A stretch of DNA of 64,000 bases from Catajapyx aquilonaris (taxonomy: Eukaryota). Below are positions 28,435 through 39,689 of the stretch, in pieces. The first letter of the stretch is position 1, and every line of letters begins with the position of its first letter. The position numbers and the translations under genes are program-made. The stretch spans positions 1-64,000 of the forward strand of contig KZ538416.1 of the NCBI GenBank assembly GCA_000934665.2, in the 5' to 3' direction. The notes beneath the pieces were generated by a model that saw only the letters and a list, made by a program, of their open reading frames with translations, searched no databases and was not told the DNA's origin.

Positions 28435-28865
28435 AGTGGAGCATCGATTATCCGAACACCAATCAACCGAATCATCGGTTAACCGAATGTGTTCAGGTAG
28501 GCAAAAAAAACCAAAAAAAAACATGCTCTGTGGTTCCGCTAGTGGTCGCTAGTCCCGTGGCACTGCAGATTTAGCCGCCAAAAAAAGCGAGCCTCGGCTC
28601 TCAAGCAAAATAAATTGGCTTTTCCCCCCCCCCCCTAAACTGTAGGACTACTTCATGTAACGACAGTAAGCTATATGTACAGTATTTTTAAGATGTGCCT
28701 GTGACAGAAAATATACCGTTTTGTGGTTAATATTGCTGTTTCTTAGTTTCATATTGCTCCTATGACACCGGCGCAATTTTTTTCCGTAAATGATTGGTTA
28801 TCTGAACAATCAGTTATCCAAACACCCTCTTGGCAGACTCTGTTCGGATAATCGATTTTCCACTG
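28434..28865. mobile_element. Tigger/pogo-like MITE (TA TSD) inserted in (TAA)n
   Basis: TA|CAGTGGAGCATCGATTATCCGAAC...GTTCGGATAATCGATTTTCCACTG|TA. Confidence 0.8.
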
Positions 28866-28900
28866 TAATAATAATAATATTGTGTGTTACTGTGTTACTG

Positions 28901-29199
28901 TTTTTCTTTTTTTCTTTTTCTTTTTTTCTTTTTTTCTTTTTTTAAATTACCCCTATGCTAACCTTGTTGGTCTTAAGGGGGGAAAGGAGGTTCCCAAGAG
29001 GGGGGCTCAGTATGATATAACTGTGACCACCAGACCTTTTCTCCGGGCCCCGGGCAGAGTAGGGAGTGCAATTCTGCCCAGGCATGTCGGGTGAAAAGCG
29101 GAAAAAGACCCGGCCAAGCAGAGGTGACGGGGACGGATTTGAACCCCGGCCTCCCGCTTGGCTGGCCAGCGGCGTAACCGCTTGACCACCATGCCTCCC
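28901..29199 (-). mobile_element. tRNA-derived SINE family A
   Basis: Reverse-complement homologue of 27010-27290, T-rich tail on +, TSD CTGTGTTACTG. Confidence 0.8.
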
Positions 29200-29988
29200 C
29201 TGTGTTACTGGGTTATTGATGTCATTTTAGGAATCACAGTTGTTGTGGTTTCCTAGTCAGTTCGATACCTGCCGTCCTGTGAGACGGACGTGTTATAGCT
29301 TTGGTTTGCAATTCAGTGCCATTGTGGCTGTTACACCTTCCCCGGTGTGTTACTTTACGTGGTGCCTCTGACAATTAAACATGGGACACTACGATGATGA
29401 TGATGATGGTGATAATATTAATAATAATGATAATAGTGCAGATACCCCGTGATAGGCCTCTTTGGGCCTTTTAGGGGAACATTTTTTAAGCAATTGACTT
29501 GAGTCATATTTCTGCTCTCTGATGGGTTTTGATTGTGAAGGAAACAGAAGAGCCACGAGAAAACCCTTGCGGGCATGGAGAGAACCCATCGAAACTTATC
29601 CACATAAGTATCATCTGTCCTACCCGGGAATCGAACTCGGGACCTCAGAGGTGGAAGGCTGTGGTACTACGTACTAAACACTACACTACCATGCCACCCT
29701 GTAGTCCCATCTCATAAGCTAACTTAACAATTGAGTGGGTCAGAACAATAACGGCATATCCCACCCAAGGGTCGAATTTGAGTTTTTGGTGGCTGTGATT
29801 GCAAGATACATCAATGAATCAGTTCCATAAGTTGGAGCCAACTTGGAGCCATACCTTTCTATTAAATCCACATTTACATTGATATGACTACATTAAGAAG
29901 TATTATTCTGCACACATTTAAACCTCGAATATCTCAAAAACAGTTGTGATTGGGATATGCCATTATTGTTCTGACCCACTCAATTGTC

Positions 29989-30155
29989 AGGGAGGCATGG
30001 TGGTCTGGTGGTTACACCACTGACCAGCAAAGGCCCAGGCCCAGGGCCAGGAGAAAAGGTCTGATGTATTTCAGAAAGTCAGAAATGACTATAATTACAG
30101 CGCCATCACTTGGGAACCTCCCCTTCCCCCCTAAATGGGGTTAAAAAAACAAAAA
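29989..30155 (+). mobile_element. Internally deleted SINE family A copy
   Basis: Same head (GGGAGGCATGGTGGTC) and 3' part (GGAACCTCCCCTTCCCCCCTAA); TSD CAATTGTC. Confidence 0.7.
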
Positions 30156-30551
30156 CAATTGTCCCTCGTCGGAGCCTTCTCCGTCAATGTGAAACAGCAC
30201 TCACCTTTTCCTCACTTGCAATGAGACTTACTGGCCTAAGTTTATACCTCATATTTTCCCTTCTCGTGCAACCATATTTGATGATAATGCAGATGCTCCA
30301 CAAGCTTCTGCAAGCTTTCTACAGTGTCTTGCTGTAGGCCCTCTGGCATTTAAAAAAATAAGTTTTCAAATTTTAAAACTGTGAATAGACTATAACTAGT
30401 CGCAAAGACTACCAATCTTCTGTTTACTTCTCATGCACATGTTGGCTTGTGGTGTGACCTTCATGGTAAACTCTTGCTCCTCGTTACATTTGTTGCAGAT
30501 ATTGTACCCAAAGGAAGGTGTCAATAAGCTATACTCATTGCATTATTCCAG

Positions 30552-31261
30552 AGGATGGCCAACACTTTTTGGACCGTCTGGTGCCACTCGCTGACCTGCA
30601 ACGGATGATCCTGGGCCAGTCATATACCTTCCATGGATGCACAGGTCAAGCAACATACTTTCCACCCCTTCTACCAGACGCATCTATGGAATGGAAGTGG
30701 CGCAGTCTGGAGGAGGTGTGCATTTTCCGAAAGCCTTCTGATGTTGAATTTCGGTTAGTAATTTGCAACATTTCAAGCCAGCTTCGAAAATTGGCAGTTG
30801 GATTACTGGAACAGACTGGATCATTTGCACTTCTGTCACACTGCACATCCCTGAATGAGCTGCATCTCGTGAATGCTAAGAAGATGGATGACCAAGGACT
30901 TCTGAGTGGTGTTGGCTCCTTGCTTGAACTGAAGCACCTTACTATGCGGTGTCTAACCTCCACAACAATATTTGGTCTGAATCAATTCTGGAGTCGTCGC
31001 CAAGTAGTTGGAAATCTTGAAAGCTTGGACATGTCCTACAGTCATTGCGTGACAGACAATGTTCTGTCGCTGGTAGTCAGGAGTTGTCCCAGATTGAAAC
31101 ATGTATCCCTTGGAGGATGTCACAAGATCAGTGGCGCAGGCCTAAAGTGCCTTGTAGCAGGCTGCCCGGAACTTTTGCGTGTTGATCTCTACAAGTGTCA
31201 ACTAGATGATCCCTACTTGCTTACTGAACTGAGGCCAGACCTTCAGGTGAACTTAATATAA
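30552..31261 (+). CDS. F-box/LRR-repeat protein, exon 3 (AMN1/cysteine-containing LRRs) to stop
   Basis: Phase-1 acceptor TTATTCCAG|AG fits exon 2; LRRs NLESLDMSYSHCVTDNVL, CPRLKHVSLGGCHKISGAGL and CPELLRVDLYKC; TAA at 31259-31261. Confidence 0.85.
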
Positions 31262-31573
31262 GAGAGAACGTAGCAGTAGGAGCTGCGAACACTGTGATTG
31301 GAAACACCAAAAACCGTCCTGTACACAGGATATTGGAGCAGACATTTCACAAGAAGGTGGTGCTATTTATGTTACAACCTAAATTGCAAAGGAATCAGTT
31401 AAGTTTTGGTCAAAACTGAGTTCACAGGAGTGTTCAATATATTCTTGACTTTAGGATGAGCAAAGTCAGTGTTCCCCTACAGTAATAGGGTCATTCCACC
31501 TCAATTCAGGGAACGTGGTGGCTTGACCAACTCTGATTTTCTTGTAAATTTTCATACAGGTAAGGTAAGTGTA

Positions 31574-31735
31574 CAGTGCTGGCCATATATCGAGGCAACC
31601 GCCAGCGACATTTTTCCGAAGCGGCAGAAGAAGGAATCGAAGATAAGCATGCTACAAGCCGGGCGAGCAAGATTCCTGCTTCTGCCGCTTCGGAAAAATG
31701 TCGCTGGCGGTTGCCTCGATATATGGCCAGCACTG
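31574..31735. mobile_element. Palindromic Tc1/mariner-type MITE (TA TSD)
   Basis: TA|CAGTGCTGGCCATATATCGAGGCAACCGCCAGCGAC... with ~65-bp near-perfect inverted arms ...CACTG|TA. Confidence 0.85.
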
Positions 31736-33286
31736 TACTAGTATCCTGCACTGTCCATGTATTCGCCAACCAAGACTGGAAAGCTAAAAAAAAACAGCGT
31801 GGCAATATAGCAAGGAAGTGCAACATCTGGCACCTTTTCCCATCCCTTTGGGGCTGCCTCATCACCAGGTGTCACCATTCGTGACCTAATTTGCAAAATA
31901 GAAGCATTTGAAAAAGTTCGGTCTGATTTTTGCGGCGAAGCGGTACTTTTCTTAGCATATTCATTAAGAGATAAGTAGAAAATAAAACCTTACATATAAC
32001 GCAATGGAAGAGTTTGTTTCTGTTTTTTTGAGCGGAAAAAGAAGTAAATGTTTTAAAATTTACAAATTTGATGTCATTTTGGGTAAATCTCTTGTAAAGA
32101 AAGTATTAGCTGGGTTGGCGATTACTGGAACCAAAAAACGTCGATGGACCAATAATCTGCTGGGATGTCGACTTCATGAAAACGGAATAATATTGACACC
32201 TATATGTACCAGTACCGCTTATAAAAACTGGTACTACTCTATGGACCTCCTGTTCCCAACCCCTGGATCGCCAGCATGTTTTAATGGTTGTGGGGAAGGC
32301 TGATAAGGGAATTAAAAATAAATAAAAAATATGAGAAAAAAGCAAGTCAAAGTAGTGTAATAATTACAAAGGGAGAATTACTAGATTTATGATGGTCACA
32401 AATAGCCAAAAAAGCGAGTTTCTGTAAAAGTGGGTCCAATTTTATAAAGAATCAATCTTTCCCAAAATAAGTGTTGTTACATATTGTTTCCAACCCTCAA
32501 AATCTTTCTTTCCTACAACCCAAGGCCTACAACGTGCTACAACCCTAGTTCTGATAAAAAATATTTGTTACACGGATCTAACCAATTTTCCAACAAAGCC
32601 AGTTTATACATTTAATTAGTCTTATACATTAGAAGTCACTTCATTTTAAACCCTCGACAATATATTATTTTTTCTTCAGTCTAACTTCTGCCTGGGGGGG
32701 GGAGAAGCATTCAGGTGGCTCACGAATGCTCTGGCTGAGGCATCAATAACCTTACCATTGTTTGATGCAAATTGGAGCAGCCCTCTAATGACACATGCAA
32801 ATGATAAAGACAGAGTGTGGTAGAAAATCTTTCTAGATTAGGCCTACTATCAGAAGAAGAGAGGTGATAATTATGATATTTAAAATCGAGAAAGAGTTCC
32901 TTGCATTAGACTGGGCATGTAACAAGTTTAAGGACTTCATCATGGGTGTCCAATGAGCAATGACACTTGGTGACTAATAACAAGACCCTTATTCCACTTG
33001 TGCCATCCAGAGAGGGCCTGGACGACCTTGCTCCCCATCTTCAGTAAATAAGACTTCATCTCACGAGTTATAATTTCAGCATAATAACATATACGTCAGG
33101 GAAAGAGCTGTTCCTGGTGAATTCTCAGAGTTGATACCCACTGGGTATAAGGATGATTATGCTGTTCTGTTGCTGCGAGAGCAGTATAAAAGGGGCCATT
33201 TTCATAATATTATTCTTTTAAAAAAATCATTATGCAACATCACCTGCAGCTGTCTGATTGTGCCCTGGATGGGATATACAGTAGAA

Positions 33287-34559
33287 CAGTGGTTTCCAAC
33301 CTTTTACCGATTGCGACCCTCTAAACATGTATCATATTCATTAATGTGCGACCCCCCCTTTCCCAGGTCCCTTCTACAGCTGCCTCATTTCCAGAAAACA
33401 TACACTCTGTACGGCAGCAAAAAATGGTTCTATCGACATAGAAATTGCATCAAAAAAGTAGATGATTTGGGGGTAGGGCACCTAGTTCGTCTTTTTTAAT
33501 TTTCGGCCCAGAAATGACATTTATGGTCAGTTGAAGTCAACCGGAAAACGGGGTTCCCAAGAAGTCCTTTTGATTATAACATGGCGGCAGGAATCGCGAG
33601 AAAATCGGACACATTTCTGCGGCCATATGTCCACAATTTGTGTGCAATCGTGTCGATTATGGTACTATTGTAAAGGCAAAACCATTGCCCGTGTTTTTCA
33701 AGATTAACACGCATTTCGCGACAAATAATTAAGTTCTCTCCGAAATGTGTTAGTGGTTTTTTCATTTTCTTTATTTTTTTGCCACTGGACCCATTTATTC
33801 CACCTGCACATCCAGCCAGAACTTCGTCAATTCTCCCCTTCTTGAAATTTATCTTTCAATGTGCGATCTCAGTGCAAATCAATGAGCGGCTCTTGTTCAT
33901 AAGTAGACAGTTTTTCCTTAGAAAATTCACTTCGATGAAAAAATGTTGCTTGATTTGACCCCTTGCAGAGAAGTGTTGACGAGAGTGTTGAGTACCATTC
34001 AGCTCCTCAAACATATCCACAAAATATGTCCGCTAACACTCTTTTATAATAATGGATACCTCGTGATAGGCCTCCTTGGACCTCTTAGGGGATCATCTTT
34101 TCATGAACCGTCTTTATTCATTGCCTGCGCTGTGATGGACTTTGATGAGGGGAGCAAACGGGAGAACCCCGAGAAAACCCACGCGAACACGGAGAGAACC
34201 CATCGAAACTCGATCCACATAAGTATCCTCCATCTGACCCAGGAATCAAACTCTGGACCTCAGAGGTGCTCAGAGGCGCTAATCACTGGATAGCTGCATG
34301 CTTTCAAATGATAGGTGGAGTTTGATTGGCTTGTAGCGAGCTCAGTAGTGGGGCCTCCGCGGATAGAGAATAGGATATGGTGAATGTTGCAGATTTCTCT
34401 CGCCGAACTACGGCTCAAACATGAAACTCGTACACAGTATTCACTCATTTTTGTTATCAAATTATTCATTATTGCACATAAACAGCTAAAAAAAGAGGTT
34501 GAATCAAAGCTCGCGACCCCCAGCGACCCTGCCCGTGACCCCTAGATTGGAAACCACTG
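33287..34559. mobile_element. Non-autonomous hAT element (contains a SINE B copy); short relative at 59167-59394
   Basis: TIR CAGTGGTTTCCAA / TTGGAAACCACTG; degenerate TSD CAGTAGAA / CAGTAGGG. Confidence 0.7.
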
Positions 34560-35267
34560 CAGTAGGGTAAGTTGGGGTAAGTGTGGATGGATTTAGATTA
34601 GTTGCAATTTAAAGGCAGGCTACTCTCCTCAGTAATTAGCACCACAAAAAGATATCTTGTCACCTCTTTTGGCGACCACTAGCTTTACCCTCCCAATATT
34701 GCATTTCTGTCAATATACTAGTATAACTAGGTGACGCACTTGCCCCTGATAATGTCTAGTTAGCAGCAAGTGCAGCCCCCTTTTTAAAAACCATCCTAAT
34801 TATTCCACCAAACCAATTAAATATAACAGGGTGTTAGTACGCACACCTTAGAGGCTTAAATTCATACATAAAGTGCTGGCGCTGTTACGCAGCATGAGAT
34901 ACAATACTCTTCAGATTTTCTGCAAGAGATACATACTCGCCAGAAAAGTTGAATTGCCAGCTTGAGCTGGGCAGCATTTTTTAATCTATGTGACGAAAGA
35001 GAGAAGATGATGCTACTTTTATCAGAGTGGGATAAGGTCGTTGTGAATGTTTACATGATTTTTGATAGCTCCTTGGCAAAAATGCCTAAGGCTTAGGCGT
35101 TTTTGCAAACGAGCTCTTCATATTACAAGCAATTCCGCACTTTCCCACACTTACTCCAACTTACCCTATATTATTGTGCTGGGTTCACTCATGTCTCTTA
35201 TGGCCATCCCCTTAGCAAGAGTGGAGGTGCCCAGCACTTCAAGGGGTATTTCTTCCTTACTGTACAT
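33909..35267 (+). repeat. Segmental duplicate copy B (direct repeat of 17761-20921)
   Basis: Collinear with copy A; lacks the poly-T and the GGGG-TIR insertion. Confidence 0.85.
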
Positions 35268-35286
35268 AGCTTCCTCATCATTCCAG

Positions 35287-35453
35287 TTCATGAAGGACAT
35301 CTTTGGCAATCACATAATCTCACCTGGAATCTGGCCTGTTCTTTCTTCTGACCTGACTCTGGAATATTATCCGTACGGTGCACTGAAAGTGTGTCCAGAC
35401 ATGTCTTCAGGCCCTGAGGGCAGCCAGGGGGACATTTCCAACATCTGCTGTAA
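35287..35453 (+). pseudogene. Tc1/mariner (DD37D/maT-like) transposase C-terminal relic
   Basis: FMKDIFGNHIISPGIWPVLSSDLT..YYPYGALK resembles the WPPRSPDLxPLDFxLWGxLK motif; a shifted frame ends GGHFQHLL*. Confidence 0.6.
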
Positions 35454-37018
35454 GAAGAACTGCAACATGGTCCCGTAGAATGGGGGGACTTCAGACAATG
35501 GCGTGAAATCAAAGGCTTACACTTTTCTTTGCTTGGGTCAGTGTGGATACTTATTAGGAGACCAAAAAAGCTGTTTTTCAAGGGTGTTGGATGGAGTGGG
35601 TTCGAGAGCTGCAGAATAGAACATGAGCAAGCCAGATGCACAGTGAGAGTACTGTACTTCTTGCACACACTCATTCCCCAACTCAAAAAGAGTTACTCAG
35701 AGGCCTCCTGGGAGGGTCGGGAGTGAACCCGGCTATAGTTTCTATATTTGTGACTCGCAGGAGATAATGTGAACCTTTTGATTTCCATTATGAACAGGTA
35801 TTTTCTTTGAAGGGAGACAAAAATCCCTTCCGTTTCCGCATTGGACAGGTTCCGTTATACTCGTCAAAAAATGCATTGCATGCCCTATGCATATGCCTGT
35901 TCCAGGAAAATATTCTGCCATGGATAGGTTTCCGCTATACCCAGGGTCCGCAATTGGCAGATTTCATTGTACTTTGCTGCACAGACTGTTATTCCAGTGC
36001 AGTTACTTTTGGAACACCTGTATAGGTCTGCCACAATAATATTTTTTGCTGCTGTCTCAGCATGTACTACTCATAATTATGTATTTTTTAAATTATTACA
36101 ACTGCATGAGTTTCCATTTCGTAAACAAACATATGCGAGGCTAATTTTTCACAACATATTTTCATTTTTTCCCATTTATTATTACAAATGCATGAATTTT
36201 ACATATTTTTCATAAACAAACTTAAGCTAAGGTGATTTGTCCAACCTTTTTTTCATTCTTCTCCTTTTTTTCTGTATATTACAACAAGCTCGCAAGTTTT
36301 CATTTCATACATAAACCAACTTAAGATGATTATTGTCCAACCACTTTCAATTTTTCCTCCTCTTTTCCATACATTACTACAAGAGCACAGGTTTTTCAAT
36401 TTCATATAAACAAACTTAAGCTAAGCTGAGTTTTGTGCAACTTTTTTTCCAATTTTTTCTCCTTTTTTCTGTATATTACTACAAGAGCACAGGTTTTTCA
36501 ATTTCATATGAACAAACTTAAGCTAAGCTGATTTTTGTCCAACTTTTTTCTTTCACTCTTCTCCTCTTTTCCATACATTACTACAAGAGCACAGGTTTTT
36601 CAATTTCATATAAACAAACTTAAGCTAAGCTGAGTGTTGTGCAACTTTTTTTTCCAATTTTTTCTCCTTTTTTCTGTATATTACTACAAGAGCACAGATT
36701 TTTCAATTTCATATGAACAAACTTAAGCTAAGCTGATTTTTGTCCAACTTTTTTCTTTCATTCTTCTCCTTTTTTCTGTATATTACTACAAGCTCGTAAG
36801 TTTTCATTTCATACCTAAACCAACTTAAGATGATTATTGTCCAACCACTTTCAATTTTTCCTCCTCTTTTCCATACATTACTACAAGAGCACAGGTTTTT
36901 CAATTTCATATAAACAAACTTAAGCTAAGCTCAGTGTTGTGCAACTTTTTTCTCCAATTTTTTCTCCTTTTTTCTGTATATTATATTACTACAAGAGCAC
37001 AGGCTTTTCAATTTCATA

Positions 37019-37465
37019 TGTGACCGGAACGAGTACACATACAAACTGGGCTCCATTGTAAAGTTGGTTTATTCAGAAAAACGTGTCGTACAATTGCGTC
37101 AGGGAGACAGGAATGGTTAAACAGTTAAGAGAGTGATTTGGTAGGGAGCAAATGACCAGCCCTCGGGATATTCTCCCGAGGGACTGATCTGGAGCATCAC
37201 TGGCCTGTTGGTTAAATAGTTGGTTATGACATAGTGCATGATGGGTATAATCCTGGGTATAAGGATGAGACGTCATAAACACGCTATACGATGGATAGAT
37301 AACATGCATATAGGGGTACATACAAGTGATAACAAGACAGGAGAAATGCTACACTTCAATGGGTCTCTTCAGGTGGTATAATGGGGGAGGTATCAATATA
37401 GGAAATTGGACCTGGACAGTGAAAGGAAAGGTCATTAAACCTTTCTTGAAAATGATAAGGTCACA
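37019..37465 (-). repeat. 3' LTR (447 bp)
   Basis: TG...CA ends with 7-bp terminal inverted repeats; minus-strand TATTTAA (~37212-37218) and AATAAA (37068-37073). Confidence 0.9.
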
Positions 37466-37630
37466 CACCTCCGACCGAAGATGCTTCCCACCCGGCAATG
37501 GTTTGAAGACAGGTTCTAGTAGATTTATACACTCACAACTGGTATCCACAAAATAAATAAATAGGACTGTCTGATGGGGCAATGGTTCCCCGTCCAAAAG
37601 AACAAAATAGAGATGGGTTGGTTATGAACG

Positions 37631-38185
37631 TTACACATCGTGCCCCTCGATTTCGGGTGTAACCCCCACCGATGGTTGTGGAGGGTCAAAAGTATTGCTC
37701 GCTACAGACGCTTCGACTACTGGTTCGAATGTGGGGTTGTTAAACATTTCAACGTGCATAGAGAATGCGACAGGGTCCCCCGCGCCGTCGGATGGGATGG
37801 CCCCCACCAATAATTGTCGGCTGATATCGATAGAACATTCCCAATACCTCAAGAAATCAAGTCCAAGAATCACCGGACTTGCTGATGATGATATGATGTA
37901 CAGCCTCTTCAGGTACACGTGTTGGTCCAAACATAAGGGTAGGGTCATCTCTCCAAGCGGCACAATAACATGGCCGTCCGGGGTTGCGAGTCGTACTTGA
38001 TCACACAGTCGAATAGCGGGTCGCAAGTCGTCTGGAATACGATGTATCACGTTGGTTGACACGAGGGATGCTGCGGCTCCAGTACATAAAGCTGCCCTCC
38101 AGGTACGTCCATAGATGGATACTTGTATCGAGGCAGCGGCACGCCAGGCATCGATTGAACCGGTTAAGTTCAAAAAGAGTGACAT
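37631..38185 (-). CDS. Retropepsin-like (Gypsy aspartyl protease fold) protein, 184 aa, catalytic Asp replaced by Cys
   Basis: Intact ATG-to-TAA ORF; IQVSIYGRTWRAALCTGAAASLVS fits the (A)LxDTGAxxSLIS motif, and PVILGLDFL fits the ILGxDFL motif. Confidence 0.8.
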   Translation of the reverse strand: MSLFLNLTGSIDAWRAAASIQVSIYGRTWRAALCTGAAASLVSTNVIHRIPDDLRPAIRLCDQVRLATPDGHVIVPLGEMTLPLCLDQHVYLKRLYIISSSASPVILGLDFLRYWECSIDISRQLLVGAIPSDGAGDPVAFSMHVEMFNNPTFEPVVEASVASNTFDPPQPSVGVTPEIEGHDV

Positions 38186-38257
38186 CCTTCGGTGGCTGTG
38201 AATGCAAGAGTCTCGAGCACGCCAGGCACAATCAGTTCATGAATCCAGCGCCTCTTC

Positions 38258-38265
38258 TTTTTATA
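38258..38265 (-). promoter_or_regulatory. Candidate internal TATA box for the protease-like ORF
   Basis: Minus strand CGTATAAAAAGAAG, ~75 nt upstream of the ATG at 38185. Confidence 0.4.
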
Positions 38266-38820
38266 CGGCACACATCCACACACACTAACACAAATTTTCG
38301 TCATCCTTCCCAAAATTGTCTCCAATGGGACAAATTAAATGCGGGGCCAGTTGGTGGCTGTTTTACCGTCAACTACAATACCTCATAGATAGAATGTAAG
38401 TCCAATGTTCGGCATCCAAGATCCGGAACTGCATCACCCCAATTTCAAATAGGGGTAACAAGGGGGGAAAGAATGGTACATACTATTCACGTCATCTCAA
38501 ACGTGTAAAGGGTCAAACCCATAGTAAAAAGGGGTCCAAGGTCCCCACCACTCAGTTACATTCAAATCAGGTTACCGCCGGAAGGGCGTTGTGGGTCTAG
38601 CTATCCACGCTATCGCAAACGTGAAAAATGGGTGAATCCCATAGCTAAAAAGAAAAGGGCCAATGTGGGGCCCACCCCACATCGCAAGACAAAAGGGATC
38701 GTCTCAGTTGTTGATAGAGACGATCACTCCTACAACATGGTTAAATCACTCCAACTAAATGTCACATGTAACAAACACATGGGGTTCGGCTTTAAAGAAG
38801 GAAAAGGTATATGCTCATAG

Positions 38821-39051
38821 CGTAGGACAGGGAAATGTCTCAGCAGATTTGCCTACAGCGGTGAGGAGGGGTAAAAGGAAATTGTCACGTTGCGTAGGAC
38901 AGGGAAATGACTCAGCAGATTTGCCTACAGCGGTGAGGAGGGGTAAAAGGAAATTGTCACGTTGCGTAGGACAGGGAAATGACTCAGCAGATTTGCCTAC
39001 AGTGGTGAGGAGGGGTAAAAGGAAATTTGTCACGACAGAGCAGGGAAATGT
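38821..39051. repeat. 72-bp tandem repeat (3 copies plus a partial) in the element leader
   Basis: CGTAGGACAGGGAAATG...TTGTCACG units start at 38821, 38893 and 38965. Confidence 0.9.
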
Positions 39052-39217
39052 CAAGCATATGTGCTCATGGAAAATAGTACTTCAAAGTACGTCATATGTA
39101 GACTGGGCCAGCCGTACGGCACCATGTCATTCATAAGTGTCATTTTAAAGACACTCCATTCCCGATATGGAAATGGCACACGTTATGTTGTTGAGACAAC
39201 AGTTTACAATGCATCGG

Positions 39218-39235
39218 ATCCCACTTCTGACACCA
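39218..39235 (-). promoter_or_regulatory. Primer-binding site complementary to the tRNA-Leu 3' end
   Basis: Minus strand TGGTGTCAGAAGTGGGAT, 8 nt inside the 5' LTR; complementary to ...ATCCCACTTCTGACACCA of eukaryotic tRNA-Leu(CAA). Confidence 0.85.
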
Positions 39236-39243
39236 TTTTTATA

Positions 39244-39689
39244 TGTGACCGGAACGAGTACACATACAAACTGGGCTCCATTGTAAAGTTGGTTTATTCA
39301 GAAAAACGTGTCGTACAATTGCGTCAGGGAGACAGGAATGGTTAAACAGTTAGAGAGTGATTTGGTAGGGAGCAAATGACCAGCCCTCGGGATATTCTCC
39401 CGAGGGACTGATCTGGAGCATCACTGGCCTGTTGGTTAAATAGTTGGTTATGACATAGTGCATGATGGGTATAATCCTGGGTATAAGGATGAGACGTCAT
39501 AAACACGCTATACGATGGATAGATAACATGCATATAGGGGTACATACAAGTGATAACAAGACAGGAGAAATGCTACACTTCAATGGGTCTCTTCAGGTGG
39601 TATAATGGGGGAGGTATCAATATAGGAAATTGGACCTGGACAGTGAAAGGAAAGGTCATTAAACCTTTCTTGAAAATGATAAGGTCACA
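39244..39689 (-). repeat. 5' LTR (446 bp)
   Basis: Near-identical to 37019-37465; adjacent to the PBS. Confidence 0.9.

Larger units (their letters stand above)
37019..39689 (-). mobile_element. Non-autonomous mini LTR retrotransposon (Gypsy-like), 2671 bp, encoding only a protease-like ORF
   Basis: LTRs 37019-37465 and 39244-39689, both TGTGACC...GGTCACA and differing by one visible 1-nt indel; TSD CATA (37015-37018 and 39690-39693); PBS for tRNA-Leu on -. Confidence 0.92.

Noticed and set aside
30499..30551. Upstream acceptor (TTGCAG at 30498) for FBXL exon 3
   Set aside because: Phase is incompatible with the exon 2 donor (gives a stop); the 30552 acceptor fits. An unseen intermediate exon cannot be fully excluded.
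38759..39345. Plus-strand ORFs across the 72-bp repeats and the PBS/LTR
   Set aside because: A repeat length divisible by 3 keeps the frame open; the ORFs are antisense to the element and have no recognisable motif.
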